From Ignisphaera sp. (GTDB taxonomy: Archaea; Thermoproteota; Thermoprotei_A; Sulfolobales; Ignisphaeraceae): a stretch of 18,270 nt of DNA. The number at the start of each line of letters is the position of its first letter. Position 1 is the first letter of the stretch. The stretch is from the NCBI GenBank assembly GCA_038889075.1, contig JAWAHS010000013.1, positions 21,261 through 39,530 of the forward strand. The letters run 5' to 3'. The notes beneath the pieces are model-generated. The model had not been told where the DNA came from and made no database searches. It worked only from the letters and a program-made list of their open reading frames with translations. A program made the position numbers and the translations under genes. Of the stretch, positions 8,934 to 17,647 are shown in pieces.

Positions 8934-11927
8934 CTACTGAGCCGTTCTATAGAGTTCTATTCTAACATTTTTCAATCCTAGTGGTCTTAGGATGTATTCA
9001 TCCCTCCATGTGCTATCGACTATGTAGAATGTTTCTGGAGATACCCAGGGGGAATCCTCCTTATGTAGCGGTCCGAGGGCATTTCTTAGTGTACCGACAA
9101 GCACTATTTTAATCTCATTTTCACCCCTTCGGATATGCTTCGATATATCGATTTTGGATGATGTGAAGATTAGCTTACCCACTTCAGCACCATTTACGTA
9201 GACTATGGCTAGAGCTGCGTTAAGTCCCTCTATATCTAGATAGGCTTTATCGTAATCCTCTAACTCCATATAGATCCTCTTGCTAAGCTCTATCTCACCT
9301 GCATAGAATGGATATCCGTATCTACATAGATTAAGCTCCTCCTTAAACGATATGCTATGGGTTTCGGAAACTATTTTGGAAACTCCCTTTACACCCTCTT
9401 TCACACCGAAGTCGCCGAGTAGGTATACAGGCTCTATCTCAGGCTCTAAACCAGCTACCCCCTCCAGTTCAACATAGTTTAGACCTATCCTAACTAGTTT
9501 AGCAATACTATACTTTCTGAAGTTCCAATCAATCCACTCACCATCGTCTCTAAGCAAATCTAGTGTCTGACCATTTACCTTGGCTTCTCTAAATATCCTC
9601 GGATTCTCGATAACTAGATAGATATCTCCCTTCGGTATGGATTCTACAACGAATTCAAATCTCAGTCTATAGCCTACACCAATACCTTTTGAAACAATTG
9701 TATCTCTAACCTTTGGTAGAGGTTGGAGATCGCTCCACCCATTATTTTCTATGGATACTCTAGCGTAGTCCATTACAAGAATGTTCGGATTTCTTCTACC
9801 GATACTCCATAGACCATCCAGTGGTATCTCCCTCACCTTTCTAAACGCCATCCCCTGCTTAGCTACAGGTTCACCGGGTCTAAGTATAAACAGCTTTGAT
9901 TCAACCGGTCCAAGGTTTAGCTCAATCCATGTCCTACCATCTCTAGCTAAACCAAAGCTCTGGATCGCCTCACCCGATAATGGATTCCACTCCTCAATAC
10001 TGTACATCCCTTTAACACCTATCCTTACACTATAGCTCTTCTCCCTATCGACATTGGTGATAAATACGATCCTGTCATCACCAGCGATTCTAGTGTGCAC
10101 CAAAATACTTCCCTCTACATCATCGCTCTCTACAACAACGTCTAGATCAGTACTTCTTAGCAGTGTGGATAGCTCATCAAATGATTTAACAATCCTAACT
10201 CTACTGATTAGCTTAGCTATTTCGGGATTCTCAACACCATCTAAAAGCTTTGGTGTTGGCTCTACGGCTACTACAACTCCACCTGAATCGATAAATCTGT
10301 CTAGAAGTGATAGCGTTGATGAGGCGATGTTTACAGATGGCGGTAGTACAACGACTTTATATCTAGCTCTACCAATAGTGAGCCTACCATCCTTAACGAC
10401 ACCGTATTTACCCATGATAACCTCGTCACCGAGCTCGAAATCTATGTGTAGCTTCATCATGTGCTTCAGTAGATCTAGGAATACGCTATCGAGCTCTTTA
10501 GCTTTCGATTCGTTAATTGGTGTGTAAACACTCCAGACGCTGGAGATGGGGTGTATAATCAGTACATCGACTAGCCTAACCCCCTGTGATAAGATGTAGC
10601 TCAATCTAGTGAAGTAGTCCTCTATCAATCTATTGTATCTCCACCAGGGCTGGCTCCAGTGGAAGTTCAGTCCGTAGTCTGCCTTCCTCCTACCCCTCAT
10701 GGAGTAGGGGACGAGGTGGTGATTCAGTAGATTTACTCCTAGGGCGTAGAGGAAATCGCCGATCCACTTTCTATCCTCAAATGTTGGATAGTTGCCGAGT
10801 ACACCATAGGTTTCACACAGCACCCTCTCCCTACCAAGCTGGTTAGCAACGCTAGCAACCTGCTTGACAGTTAGTAGCGATTTCCATATCTGGTAGCCTA
10901 GATGGTCTATACCCGGTATGTGCATGTATTCGTAGTGTGGCATGGTGGCGCCTACAACGAGCTGAGAGACTAGTGTATCCTCAGCTAGATAGTGTCCCGT
11001 GAATTTAAGTCCGTGCTTCTCACACCACTCAAATATCTGCCTAGAGAAAGATTCTACAAAGAGTAGGGTAACGGTTCTCCAGTAATCATATCTCGTCTTT
11101 GTATAGCTTCCGATATCGAAGAACAGCTCGGGTAATCTATCAACTATACTGTATCCGTTGATCTTCTCAAAGTACTCTGGAAGCTTATCGCTCCAGGGAA
11201 GTGCAAATACGGGAAACCTCATACCCCTTGGAGGTACCATTGATATCCTTCTGGTTGGAGGTGTCTTGAACTGGTATATATTCGGCTCATCTGTAAACAC
11301 CCCCGGCACCACACTACCTATATACTTTGCAAATCTATCGACATAGGGCTTATATGCAACCTCGATAAACTTTTCAACCGTTTCTCTATCGAGGAGATCA
11401 ACATATGAGAAACCGGAGTACCAGGCATCTCCAGCTGGAGCAACATATCTTACAAAGGTTAGATACAGATACCTGCTATCAGCCTCAGCCCCGTATATCC
11501 TCTCACACCTTAGAGGCATCCACTTCTCATCCGGAACACACCGAAACATCGCTATGGTATCGGAACCTTCGAAACTCTTGGTATCGGCAACCATTATAAG
11601 GGATTTGTATCTATATCTAGCATCTAGAGCAGAAACATATCCTCCTGCAAATCCGGATGGCCATCTATCCTCATCGTATATCCAGACGGTAAATCCTCTT
11701 TTACTAGCCTCCTCAGCAACAGCTTCAAATACCTTAAACCACTCTTCACCTAGGTAGGGTGTTACCAGACCCTCTCTAGCATGGAAGAACACCCCTCCGA
11801 ATCCACCATCATCAAGCAATCTAATCTGCCTTGCAGCTTCCGATGCATCCAGCAAATCATTTAGAGACCAAAATGGTATGCCTCTAAAATTCTTCGGTGG
11901 ATTTCTAAACAACTCCCTACTCAGCAT
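8934..11927 (-). CDS. Large glycoside hydrolase, GH106-like (alpha-L-rhamnosidase family) with C-terminal beta-sandwich domains
   Basis: 997 aa with motifs PFWSLN, GFGGVFFHAREG, WIYDEDRWPSGFAGG, FTDEP, TGHYLAED, MHIPGIDHL, KQVASVANQLG, CETYG and GVNLLNHH. No signal peptide is evident. Substrate not established. Confidence 0.82.
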   Translation of the reverse strand: MLSRELFRNPPKNFRGIPFWSLNDLLDASEAARQIRLLDDGGFGGVFFHAREGLVTPYLGEEWFKVFEAVAEEASKRGFTVWIYDEDRWPSGFAGGYVSALDARYRYKSLIMVADTKSFEGSDTIAMFRCVPDEKWMPLRCERIYGAEADSRYLYLTFVRYVAPAGDAWYSGFSYVDLLDRETVEKFIEVAYKPYVDRFAKYIGSVVPGVFTDEPNIYQFKTPPTRRISMVPPRGMRFPVFALPWSDKLPEYFEKINGYSIVDRLPELFFDIGSYTKTRYDYWRTVTLLFVESFSRQIFEWCEKHGLKFTGHYLAEDTLVSQLVVGATMPHYEYMHIPGIDHLGYQIWKSLLTVKQVASVANQLGRERVLCETYGVLGNYPTFEDRKWIGDFLYALGVNLLNHHLVPYSMRGRRKADYGLNFHWSQPWWRYNRLIEDYFTRLSYILSQGVRLVDVLIIHPISSVWSVYTPINESKAKELDSVFLDLLKHMMKLHIDFELGDEVIMGKYGVVKDGRLTIGRARYKVVVLPPSVNIASSTLSLLDRFIDSGGVVVAVEPTPKLLDGVENPEIAKLISRVRIVKSFDELSTLLRSTDLDVVVESDDVEGSILVHTRIAGDDRIVFITNVDREKSYSVRIGVKGMYSIEEWNPLSGEAIQSFGLARDGRTWIELNLGPVESKLFILRPGEPVAKQGMAFRKVREIPLDGLWSIGRRNPNILVMDYARVSIENNGWSDLQPLPKVRDTIVSKGIGVGYRLRFEFVVESIPKGDIYLVIENPRIFREAKVNGQTLDLLRDDGEWIDWNFRKYSIAKLVRIGLNYVELEGVAGLEPEIEPVYLLGDFGVKEGVKGVSKIVSETHSISFKEELNLCRYGYPFYAGEIELSKRIYMELEDYDKAYLDIEGLNAALAIVYVNGAEVGKLIFTSSKIDISKHIRRGENEIKIVLVGTLRNALGPLHKEDSPWVSPETFYIVDSTWRDEYILRPLGLKNVRIELYRTAQ

Positions 11928-12033
11928 TAAAAACCACCATGGTAGTTTCCCAGGCTCTTACTTAAATCCTTATTTGAAGCACCGATGCGTATTTAAATAA
12001 CATCCATTTCAAGAGGATTTCTGGGACGAATCC
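11928..12033. promoter_or_regulatory. Divergent promoter region between the GH106-like gene and the GT2 gene
   Basis: 106-bp gap containing CTTAAAT (11961-11967, TTTAAG on the - strand), ATTTAAATAA (11991-12000) and CCACC (11934-11938, a GGTGG RBS on the - strand). Confidence 0.5.
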
Positions 12034-13386
12034 TTGCTAGCAACAGTATCTCTCATGATAGTTGCAATCTCAATGCTTGCAACAAGCATCTACCACACCT
12101 ACCTCGTGATCGGCTTAGGAAGGTCTTATAGGTGGATTCAGATGGATGGAGATGTAGGTAGAGGGGGTGGATCGCTTTCGATTATCACACCTATAAAGAA
12201 TGAGCCTATAGAGATTGTTGAAAGGTATTTCAAACTTTCCACCACTTTAATCGAATCCATTGAAACATACGCTGAATGCATTATAGTAGCAGACTACACA
12301 GACAACACGATGTTCGATTCCATACCAGGTCTACTATCGAGTGCTAATCCAAATATAGTAGTTGTTAGGAGATTGAATGGCTTTGGTGGGAGGAACGGTG
12401 CTATAAACGATGGTGTAAAGCTGGCTCTAGGCACTATGATTACCTTTATAGATGTGGATGCTGAGCCATCGCAAAGAGTTCTAGAGTCTATGGCTAGGTG
12501 TAGAGGTGTTTGTATATCGTGGTGGAGGATATGCGATAAAGATGTGTCTAGGGTCTCGAGGACTATAGCATTTATTACTGAATATGGAAGCTGGCTGTAC
12601 TACTGGCTCAAGTCGCTTAGAAACCTCTTCCTCTATCCACTTGGTAGTGGAACTGTGTTGGATAGGAATCTATTTACATCCATAGGTGGTCTGAGGGTAG
12701 ATGTTATACAGGATGATATATGGCTTGGAACACAGCTACTCTACAGAGGTATGCACCCGGTGATCATCGAGCCGATGTGTGTTGGTGCTCCAAGAACTCT
12801 GGATGCATTTGTAGTGCAGCAGAGGAGATGGGCATATGGAGCAGTGGATGTTCTTAAGAGATTCGGTATATACATTCTAAGATCGCCAGCCCCAGTAGGT
12901 ATTAGGATTGAAGCTCTAGTATATCTACTGCAGCCGCTGGTAGCTGCCATCAGTGGTCTCGGTCTGCTTCTTTCAATCGTTTCAGCATTTACCGAGGTAG
13001 TAGAGTTCGGCAACCTACACACAGCATCTATAGCAATACTCATAACCTCAATGGCTCTGGAGAGCATCGCTGTACACAAATTCCTAAGATGGTCTAGAGA
13101 TCCGCAATACGACCCCCCCTACATAGTGGGTAGAGCATCAGTGGTCTCGGTAGTTCTATCAATAGAAGTACTTCCATACGTACTAGCAGCTCTAATAGGT
13201 GTAAAGATACCATACAGAGTAACACCGAAGGGAAAACACCGCAGAGAGATACCAGCATCTATAAAGATTACCGCTTTAGCTTTTGCAGTAGCGCTAGCAA
13301 CATCAATAGTAAGAGGAAATAGGGTAGCCACCTTGGTAACAGCACTGGGTGCAGCATCGTTAATCTATACAATAGTTAGATTATAA
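12034..13386 (+). CDS. Membrane-bound family 2 glycosyltransferase, processive (cellulose-synthase-like) type
   Basis: One N-terminal TM helix, then IITPIKNE, GGRNGAINDG, FIDVDA (DxD), GSG, IQDD (TED-equivalent) and QQRRW (QxxRW). Several C-terminal TM helices and YRVTPK follow. TTG start. Confidence 0.88.
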   Translation: MLATVSLMIVAISMLATSIYHTYLVIGLGRSYRWIQMDGDVGRGGGSLSIITPIKNEPIEIVERYFKLSTTLIESIETYAECIIVADYTDNTMFDSIPGLLSSANPNIVVVRRLNGFGGRNGAINDGVKLALGTMITFIDVDAEPSQRVLESMARCRGVCISWWRICDKDVSRVSRTIAFITEYGSWLYYWLKSLRNLFLYPLGSGTVLDRNLFTSIGGLRVDVIQDDIWLGTQLLYRGMHPVIIEPMCVGAPRTLDAFVVQQRRWAYGAVDVLKRFGIYILRSPAPVGIRIEALVYLLQPLVAAISGLGLLLSIVSAFTEVVEFGNLHTASIAILITSMALESIAVHKFLRWSRDPQYDPPYIVGRASVVSVVLSIEVLPYVLAALIGVKIPYRVTPKGKHRREIPASIKITALAFAVALATSIVRGNRVATLVTALGAASLIYTIVRL

Positions 13387-13719
13387 TGATGTAGTAGATC
13401 GTATACCAAATACCACCATTTATAAATATATACCATCCAACTGCAGATTTCTACAAGGATACTGAGGTAAGGGATTTCCCTAGTTGGAGCCCACTACCAA
13501 GAAATTCCTCTGAGGGGAAATCCTTCTATAGCTCTAATATTGCTGAGTTTACTAGAAAACATAGTTTCGAAAGCCGTATCGCCGTGTAGCGAATCTCAAA
13601 AACCAATGGTATTCTTCTCCATTTTATCTTGCAGGTTAGTTAAAAGCAATTTCATTATTAGATATAAACCTAGTAGAAGGGACAACTAAATAGTATAAGA
13701 GAGAAATTGGGTAGCTTAA

Positions 13720-14388
13720 TTGACTGGGGCTACAGCACGTAGTACTAATGAGCAGGAGTTTTGGGAAAAATTTGAGGAGGTTGTTGAGAGAGCTGTTAGA
13801 AGAGCTAGATCTCAGGAGATAAAGGATATCGCTGATGCTGTTAGAATGCTAGCAGAGTATATGAAGACAGGATTTGAAAAAACCTCCCAAATAATACTGG
13901 AGCATTCTAAGAGGCTTGAGGAACTCACTAGAAGGGTTGAGGAGCTGACTCTAACCGTAGCTAATTTAGCTAAAGCTGTGGTAGAGGTTAAGATAGCTGT
14001 TGGATCTTTTACTGGCAGGGTTGGGCTGGATCTTGAGAAGACCGTCTTCAATCTATATAGAGATGTCCTGCTTACTCTAGGTATTAGAGATATCGAGAAG
14101 GTAGATAGGTTCATCTATAGGGATGTAGATGGTAGGTACATAGGGAAAGGAGGTAGGATCGAGGTAGATATATACATACACAATAACAATACCTATCTGA
14201 TAGAGGTTAAGAGCTTAGCCCAAGAGGAAGATGTTGACTGGATCAATAAGAAGTTCGAAATTGTGACACAAATCCTCAATAGAACTCCAACTAGAAAAAT
14301 AATCATAGCAGTAAATATCACGAGGGATGCTCTAAAGAGAGCACATGAACTAAACATAGATGTAATATACGGTGCAGTAATAGATTAA
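13720..14388 (+). CDS. Coiled-coil protein with C-terminal PD-(D/E)xK-like domain (DUF3782-like crenarchaeal family)
   Basis: Heptad region RLEELTRRVEELTLTVANL, then GSFTGRVGLDLE...IEVDIYIHNNNTYLIEVKS...ALKRAHELNIDVIYG. Confidence 0.83.
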   Translation: MTGATARSTNEQEFWEKFEEVVERAVRRARSQEIKDIADAVRMLAEYMKTGFEKTSQIILEHSKRLEELTRRVEELTLTVANLAKAVVEVKIAVGSFTGRVGLDLEKTVFNLYRDVLLTLGIRDIEKVDRFIYRDVDGRYIGKGGRIEVDIYIHNNNTYLIEVKSLAQEEDVDWINKKFEIVTQILNRTPTRKIIIAVNITRDALKRAHELNIDVIYGAVID

Positions 14389-14507
14389 CCTTTTCCCACT
14401 CTAAATGATGAGACCTCCAGTTATATAAGGTCTGTGTAGATAGGTCTACCAGAATATCTTAGATATGCATAATCATCCCTTTATATATTCAAGAGTCCAT
14501 AGTAAAG

Positions 14508-14800
14508 TAGGTTGCTGACCCTGTGTTTCCTCCATACTAAGGAGTGAAAGTGAGAGAACATAACCCTCGCACCCCTAGTATATTTAAGTTGGGGGAACCT
14601 TGGAAGCTGTTTCCAGTTTCATACCAGTTCACAGCAGTTGACCGATGTGAGATTCAGATACCTTCTAAACTCTCTGCTGTAGATGTATAGTTCAAGATGT
14701 AGAGATCTAGGATGCCTCTAAGTGCCTCCAAGTCCAGTGGAAAAACCGAGGGGGTATAGGGGAAGCAAGATGATGCAACAACGTCAACCTATACAGACCT
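14508..14800 (+). mobile_element. Degenerate non-autonomous element; possible IS200/IS605 tnpB 3'-end (omegaRNA-like) remnant
   Basis: 14683-14800 reads MYSSRCRDLG / MPLSASKSSGK... and then GAGGGGGTATAGGGGAAGCAAGATGATGCAACAACGTCAACCTATACAGACCT. From memory this resembles the 3' ends of crenarchaeal tnpB genes (unverified). Bounded by TAGGTTG (14508) / CAACCTA (14791), with an internal CCCC-TATATTTAA-GGGG. Confidence 0.4.
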
Positions 14801-15228
14801 AGATCAGAGCTGAACCCCAAGGTAGCACTAGATATCAAAAACTATCTGTATATTGGTTAGCTCTCTTTTATCTCATGGTTAGCTCAGGGATTGGAATTAT
14901 CTTGCTAGCTTGTAATAGCCTTCCTTGGCCTGATCTTGTATATCCATACATTGAGGACGACTATGAGTATCGGAGTGCTATCTCATAATAAATACTTGTA
15001 GCAGGTGTTGGATTGTATAGATAACGGTTTTTTCTATCCTAGGAAATGGTGCAATTCCGGTATACAATTGCTATCGCATAAGCAATGCGGCGTCTAATCC
15101 TACAGTACCCATGGCTAGGTATATGCAGGTATATAGCTTTGATTTTGATCTAGTGTGTTTAGATTTTCATAAACATTTATATATCTTCCCCTCAGTATGA
15201 TATTGTCTGAGGTGTATCATATGCGCCA

Positions 15229-15744
15229 ATGGTAGTTCACGTAGCTATAGATTTATCGAAGTGTACTGGCTGTAGATATTGTGAGCTCTGGTGTTCATTC
15301 TTTCACGAAAAGGTGTTTTCAACATCGCTATCTAGGATAAAGATTGTAAGAGATGATTTAATAGGGATGGACTATCCTATAGTATGTAGACAGTGTCTAG
15401 AGGCTCCATGTATATCAGCCTGCCCTGTAGGTGCTCTGTATAGAGATGAGCAGGGCATTGTAAGACTTAACAAAGATGTATGTAGTAGGTGTGGATCGTG
15501 TGCTGAGGCATGCCCCTACGACGCTGTTTCTCTAAATCCATTCGATGGAACACCGTTGATCTGCGACCTATGTGGTGGAAATCCCATGTGTGTTAGAAGG
15601 TGTCCTACGAATGCTTTATCGCTATACCCGTTGACCGAAATCACCATAGCCGATCCGAATAAGATTGGGAAGAGATACCGTGTTGCAGTAAACGAGTACA
15701 GAAGGTTGCTTGAGGGGTGGGGGGTTGGTGTCAGGTATGAGTAG
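15229..15744 (+). CDS. Iron-sulfur protein with four [4Fe-4S] motifs (HydN/CooF/DmsB-like), partner of the AOR-family enzyme
   Basis: 16 Cys in CTGCRYCELWC, CRQCLEAPCISACP, CSRCGSCAEACP and CDLCGGNPMCVRRCP. TTTATATA (~15176-15183) and GAGGTG (15209-15214) lie upstream. Confidence 0.93.
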   Translation: MVVHVAIDLSKCTGCRYCELWCSFFHEKVFSTSLSRIKIVRDDLIGMDYPIVCRQCLEAPCISACPVGALYRDEQGIVRLNKDVCSRCGSCAEACPYDAVSLNPFDGTPLICDLCGGNPMCVRRCPTNALSLYPLTEITIADPNKIGKRYRVAVNEYRRLLEGWGVGVRYE

Positions 15745-17638
15745 AGTCTATGGCTATGGTGGAAGGATCCTAAGGATAGATCTGTCCAATAGAGAGGCTA
15801 GGATAGAGGATGTGGATAAGAGGCTAGCTAGAATGTACCTAGGTGGTAGAGGTTTTAATATCGCTAGACTCTACCATGAGGTAACCCCAGAGGTAGATCC
15901 GCTATCACCTAGCAATAAGCTGATGATCGCCACAGGTCCTATTGCTGGAACAGGATTTCCCCTTGGTGCAAGACTAAATGTAACCGCCAAATCACCTCAA
16001 ACGGGGATACTAGGCGATTCTAATGCAGGTGGACACTTTGCTGCTGAGATGAAGTTTGCAGGCTTTGATCAGATAGTTGTAGAGGGGAGGAGTCCTCGCC
16101 CTGTCTACCTATTCATAAGCAACGATTTTGTTGAGATCAGAGATGCTGAGGGGCTGTGGGGTATGCCTATATCGAAGGCATACGAGGCCCTTAGAAGAGA
16201 GATAGGCGATTCCTTCGTCCAGATAGCGTTGATAGGTCCTGCTGCTGAGAACGGTGTGAAGTTCTCGGGAATATTCTTCAACAGAGTAAGGCCTGCTGCA
16301 AGAACTGGGCTGGGGACTGTAATGGCTTCTAAGAATCTTAAAGCAATTGCTGTTAGAGGCGATGGATATATCGAGGTAGCTAAGCCAGAGGCGTTTGAGA
16401 GGATAGTTGAGGAGATAGAGCTAGAGGTATATACCCATGAGCAGTACTGGCCTAGGAGGATAATGGGTACCTCGAGAATACTGCTAGCTGCTAACAGAAT
16501 CGGTATACTTCCTGGAAAGCACTTCACAGAACCTATCGTGCCCTATGCTTTCGATGTGAGTGGAGAGAAGCTAGCTCTAAAATACAATGTTAAGAATAGA
16601 GCGTGCTTCTCATGCATAGTTCCATGTAGCAGGGTATTCCTTGTTAAAAAGATAGGGGAGGCATTTCTGAGCGAGGGACCCGAGTACGAGGCTCTAGCAG
16701 GTATGACTGTGAGAATCGGTAACAGCGATCTAGATAAAGCTCTTAAAGCAATAGAGCTTGTAAACGATTTAGGACTCGACGTGATTTCAACAAGCGAAGT
16801 AATTTCATGGGCTATGGAGCTCTACAGCAGAGGGTTGCTGACCAAAAATGAGGTAGGAGGGCTCCAGCTAGACTGGGGTAATATGGATGCCGTAATGAAG
16901 TTGGTAACGGATATAGCCTATAGGAGAGGATTCGGCGATATCCTAGCCGATGGAGTAGCAACAGCTGCAGAGAAGCTGGGGAAGGGACACGATATAGCTT
17001 TCCATGTAAAGAAGCTTGAAATGATACAGGCCGATCCAAGAGGATTGAAAGGGTATGGACTGGGATTCGCTGTATCTACTAGAGGTGCTGATCACCTGAG
17101 ATCTGAACCATTCATAGAGTTAAGCGACGATCCTGAACTAGGAGCTAGGATGTTCGGTGAGCCCGAGGCTACGCTAAGGCTTGGTGTTAAAGGTAAAGGT
17201 AGGCTTGTAGCCTACTACGAGAATATCTGTGCACTAGTAGATTCACTAGGTGTTTGCAAAAACCTAGCTGAGAATATGAATATACTCGACTACGAAAAAA
17301 CTGCTAGACTTGTGGAAGCTGTTACAGGTATAGAGCTATCACCTAGAGAGATAGAGGCTATAGGGGAGAGGATAGTCAATCTAGAGAGGGTGTATATAGC
17401 TAGGGAGGGAGTTAGAAGTATACACGATACCCTTCCACAGAGATTCTTCAGAGAACCTCTAGGAAAAGGACCATCGGCTGGCCATATAATCGAGCTAGAG
17501 ACTATGTTGAAGGAGTACTACAGAGTTCGTGGATGGGATGAGGGAACAGGGCTACCAACACCTGAGAAGCTCAAGGAGCTAGGGCTCAGTGATGTCCTCG
17601 AGGATATGCAGTCGAGGGGGATACTACCCAGTCGATAG
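15737..17638 (+). CDS. aor: Aldehyde:ferredoxin oxidoreductase family (W/Mo-pterin) enzyme
   Basis: Likely start is ATG 15737 (MSRVYGYGGRILRIDL), overlapping the stop of the Fe-S gene, rather than TTG 15710. Motifs: YLGGRG, KSPQTG, SNAGG, ARTGLGTVMASKNLKAIAVRG, CFSCIVPC, GPEYE, DLGLDVIS, RGADH, DSLGVC, EYYRVRGW. Subfamily not determined. Confidence 0.93.
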   Translation: MSRVYGYGGRILRIDLSNREARIEDVDKRLARMYLGGRGFNIARLYHEVTPEVDPLSPSNKLMIATGPIAGTGFPLGARLNVTAKSPQTGILGDSNAGGHFAAEMKFAGFDQIVVEGRSPRPVYLFISNDFVEIRDAEGLWGMPISKAYEALRREIGDSFVQIALIGPAAENGVKFSGIFFNRVRPAARTGLGTVMASKNLKAIAVRGDGYIEVAKPEAFERIVEEIELEVYTHEQYWPRRIMGTSRILLAANRIGILPGKHFTEPIVPYAFDVSGEKLALKYNVKNRACFSCIVPCSRVFLVKKIGEAFLSEGPEYEALAGMTVRIGNSDLDKALKAIELVNDLGLDVISTSEVISWAMELYSRGLLTKNEVGGLQLDWGNMDAVMKLVTDIAYRRGFGDILADGVATAAEKLGKGHDIAFHVKKLEMIQADPRGLKGYGLGFAVSTRGADHLRSEPFIELSDDPELGARMFGEPEATLRLGVKGKGRLVAYYENICALVDSLGVCKNLAENMNILDYEKTARLVEAVTGIELSPREIEAIGERIVNLERVYIAREGVRSIHDTLPQRFFREPLGKGPSAGHIIELETMLKEYYRVRGWDEGTGLPTPEKLKELGLSDVLEDMQSRGILPSR

Positions 17639-17647
17639 GTGGTGTAA

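Noticed and set aside
9781-11757. Plus-strand ORFs within the glycoside hydrolase
   Set aside because: Antisense shadows. The same applies to 5309..5536, 7909..8151, 8546..8785, 12741..13331, 13812..14114, 16105..17039 and 17956..18162.
14405-14453. C/D-box sRNA (ATGATGA ... CAGA)
   Set aside because: The D box is imperfect and the internal D'/C' spacing does not give two ~12-nt guides.
14840-14990. Short hydrophobic open frame (LSVYWLALFYLMVSSGIGIILLAC…)
   Set aside because: No convincing start or RBS and no recognisable family. It may be a remnant but is unsupported.
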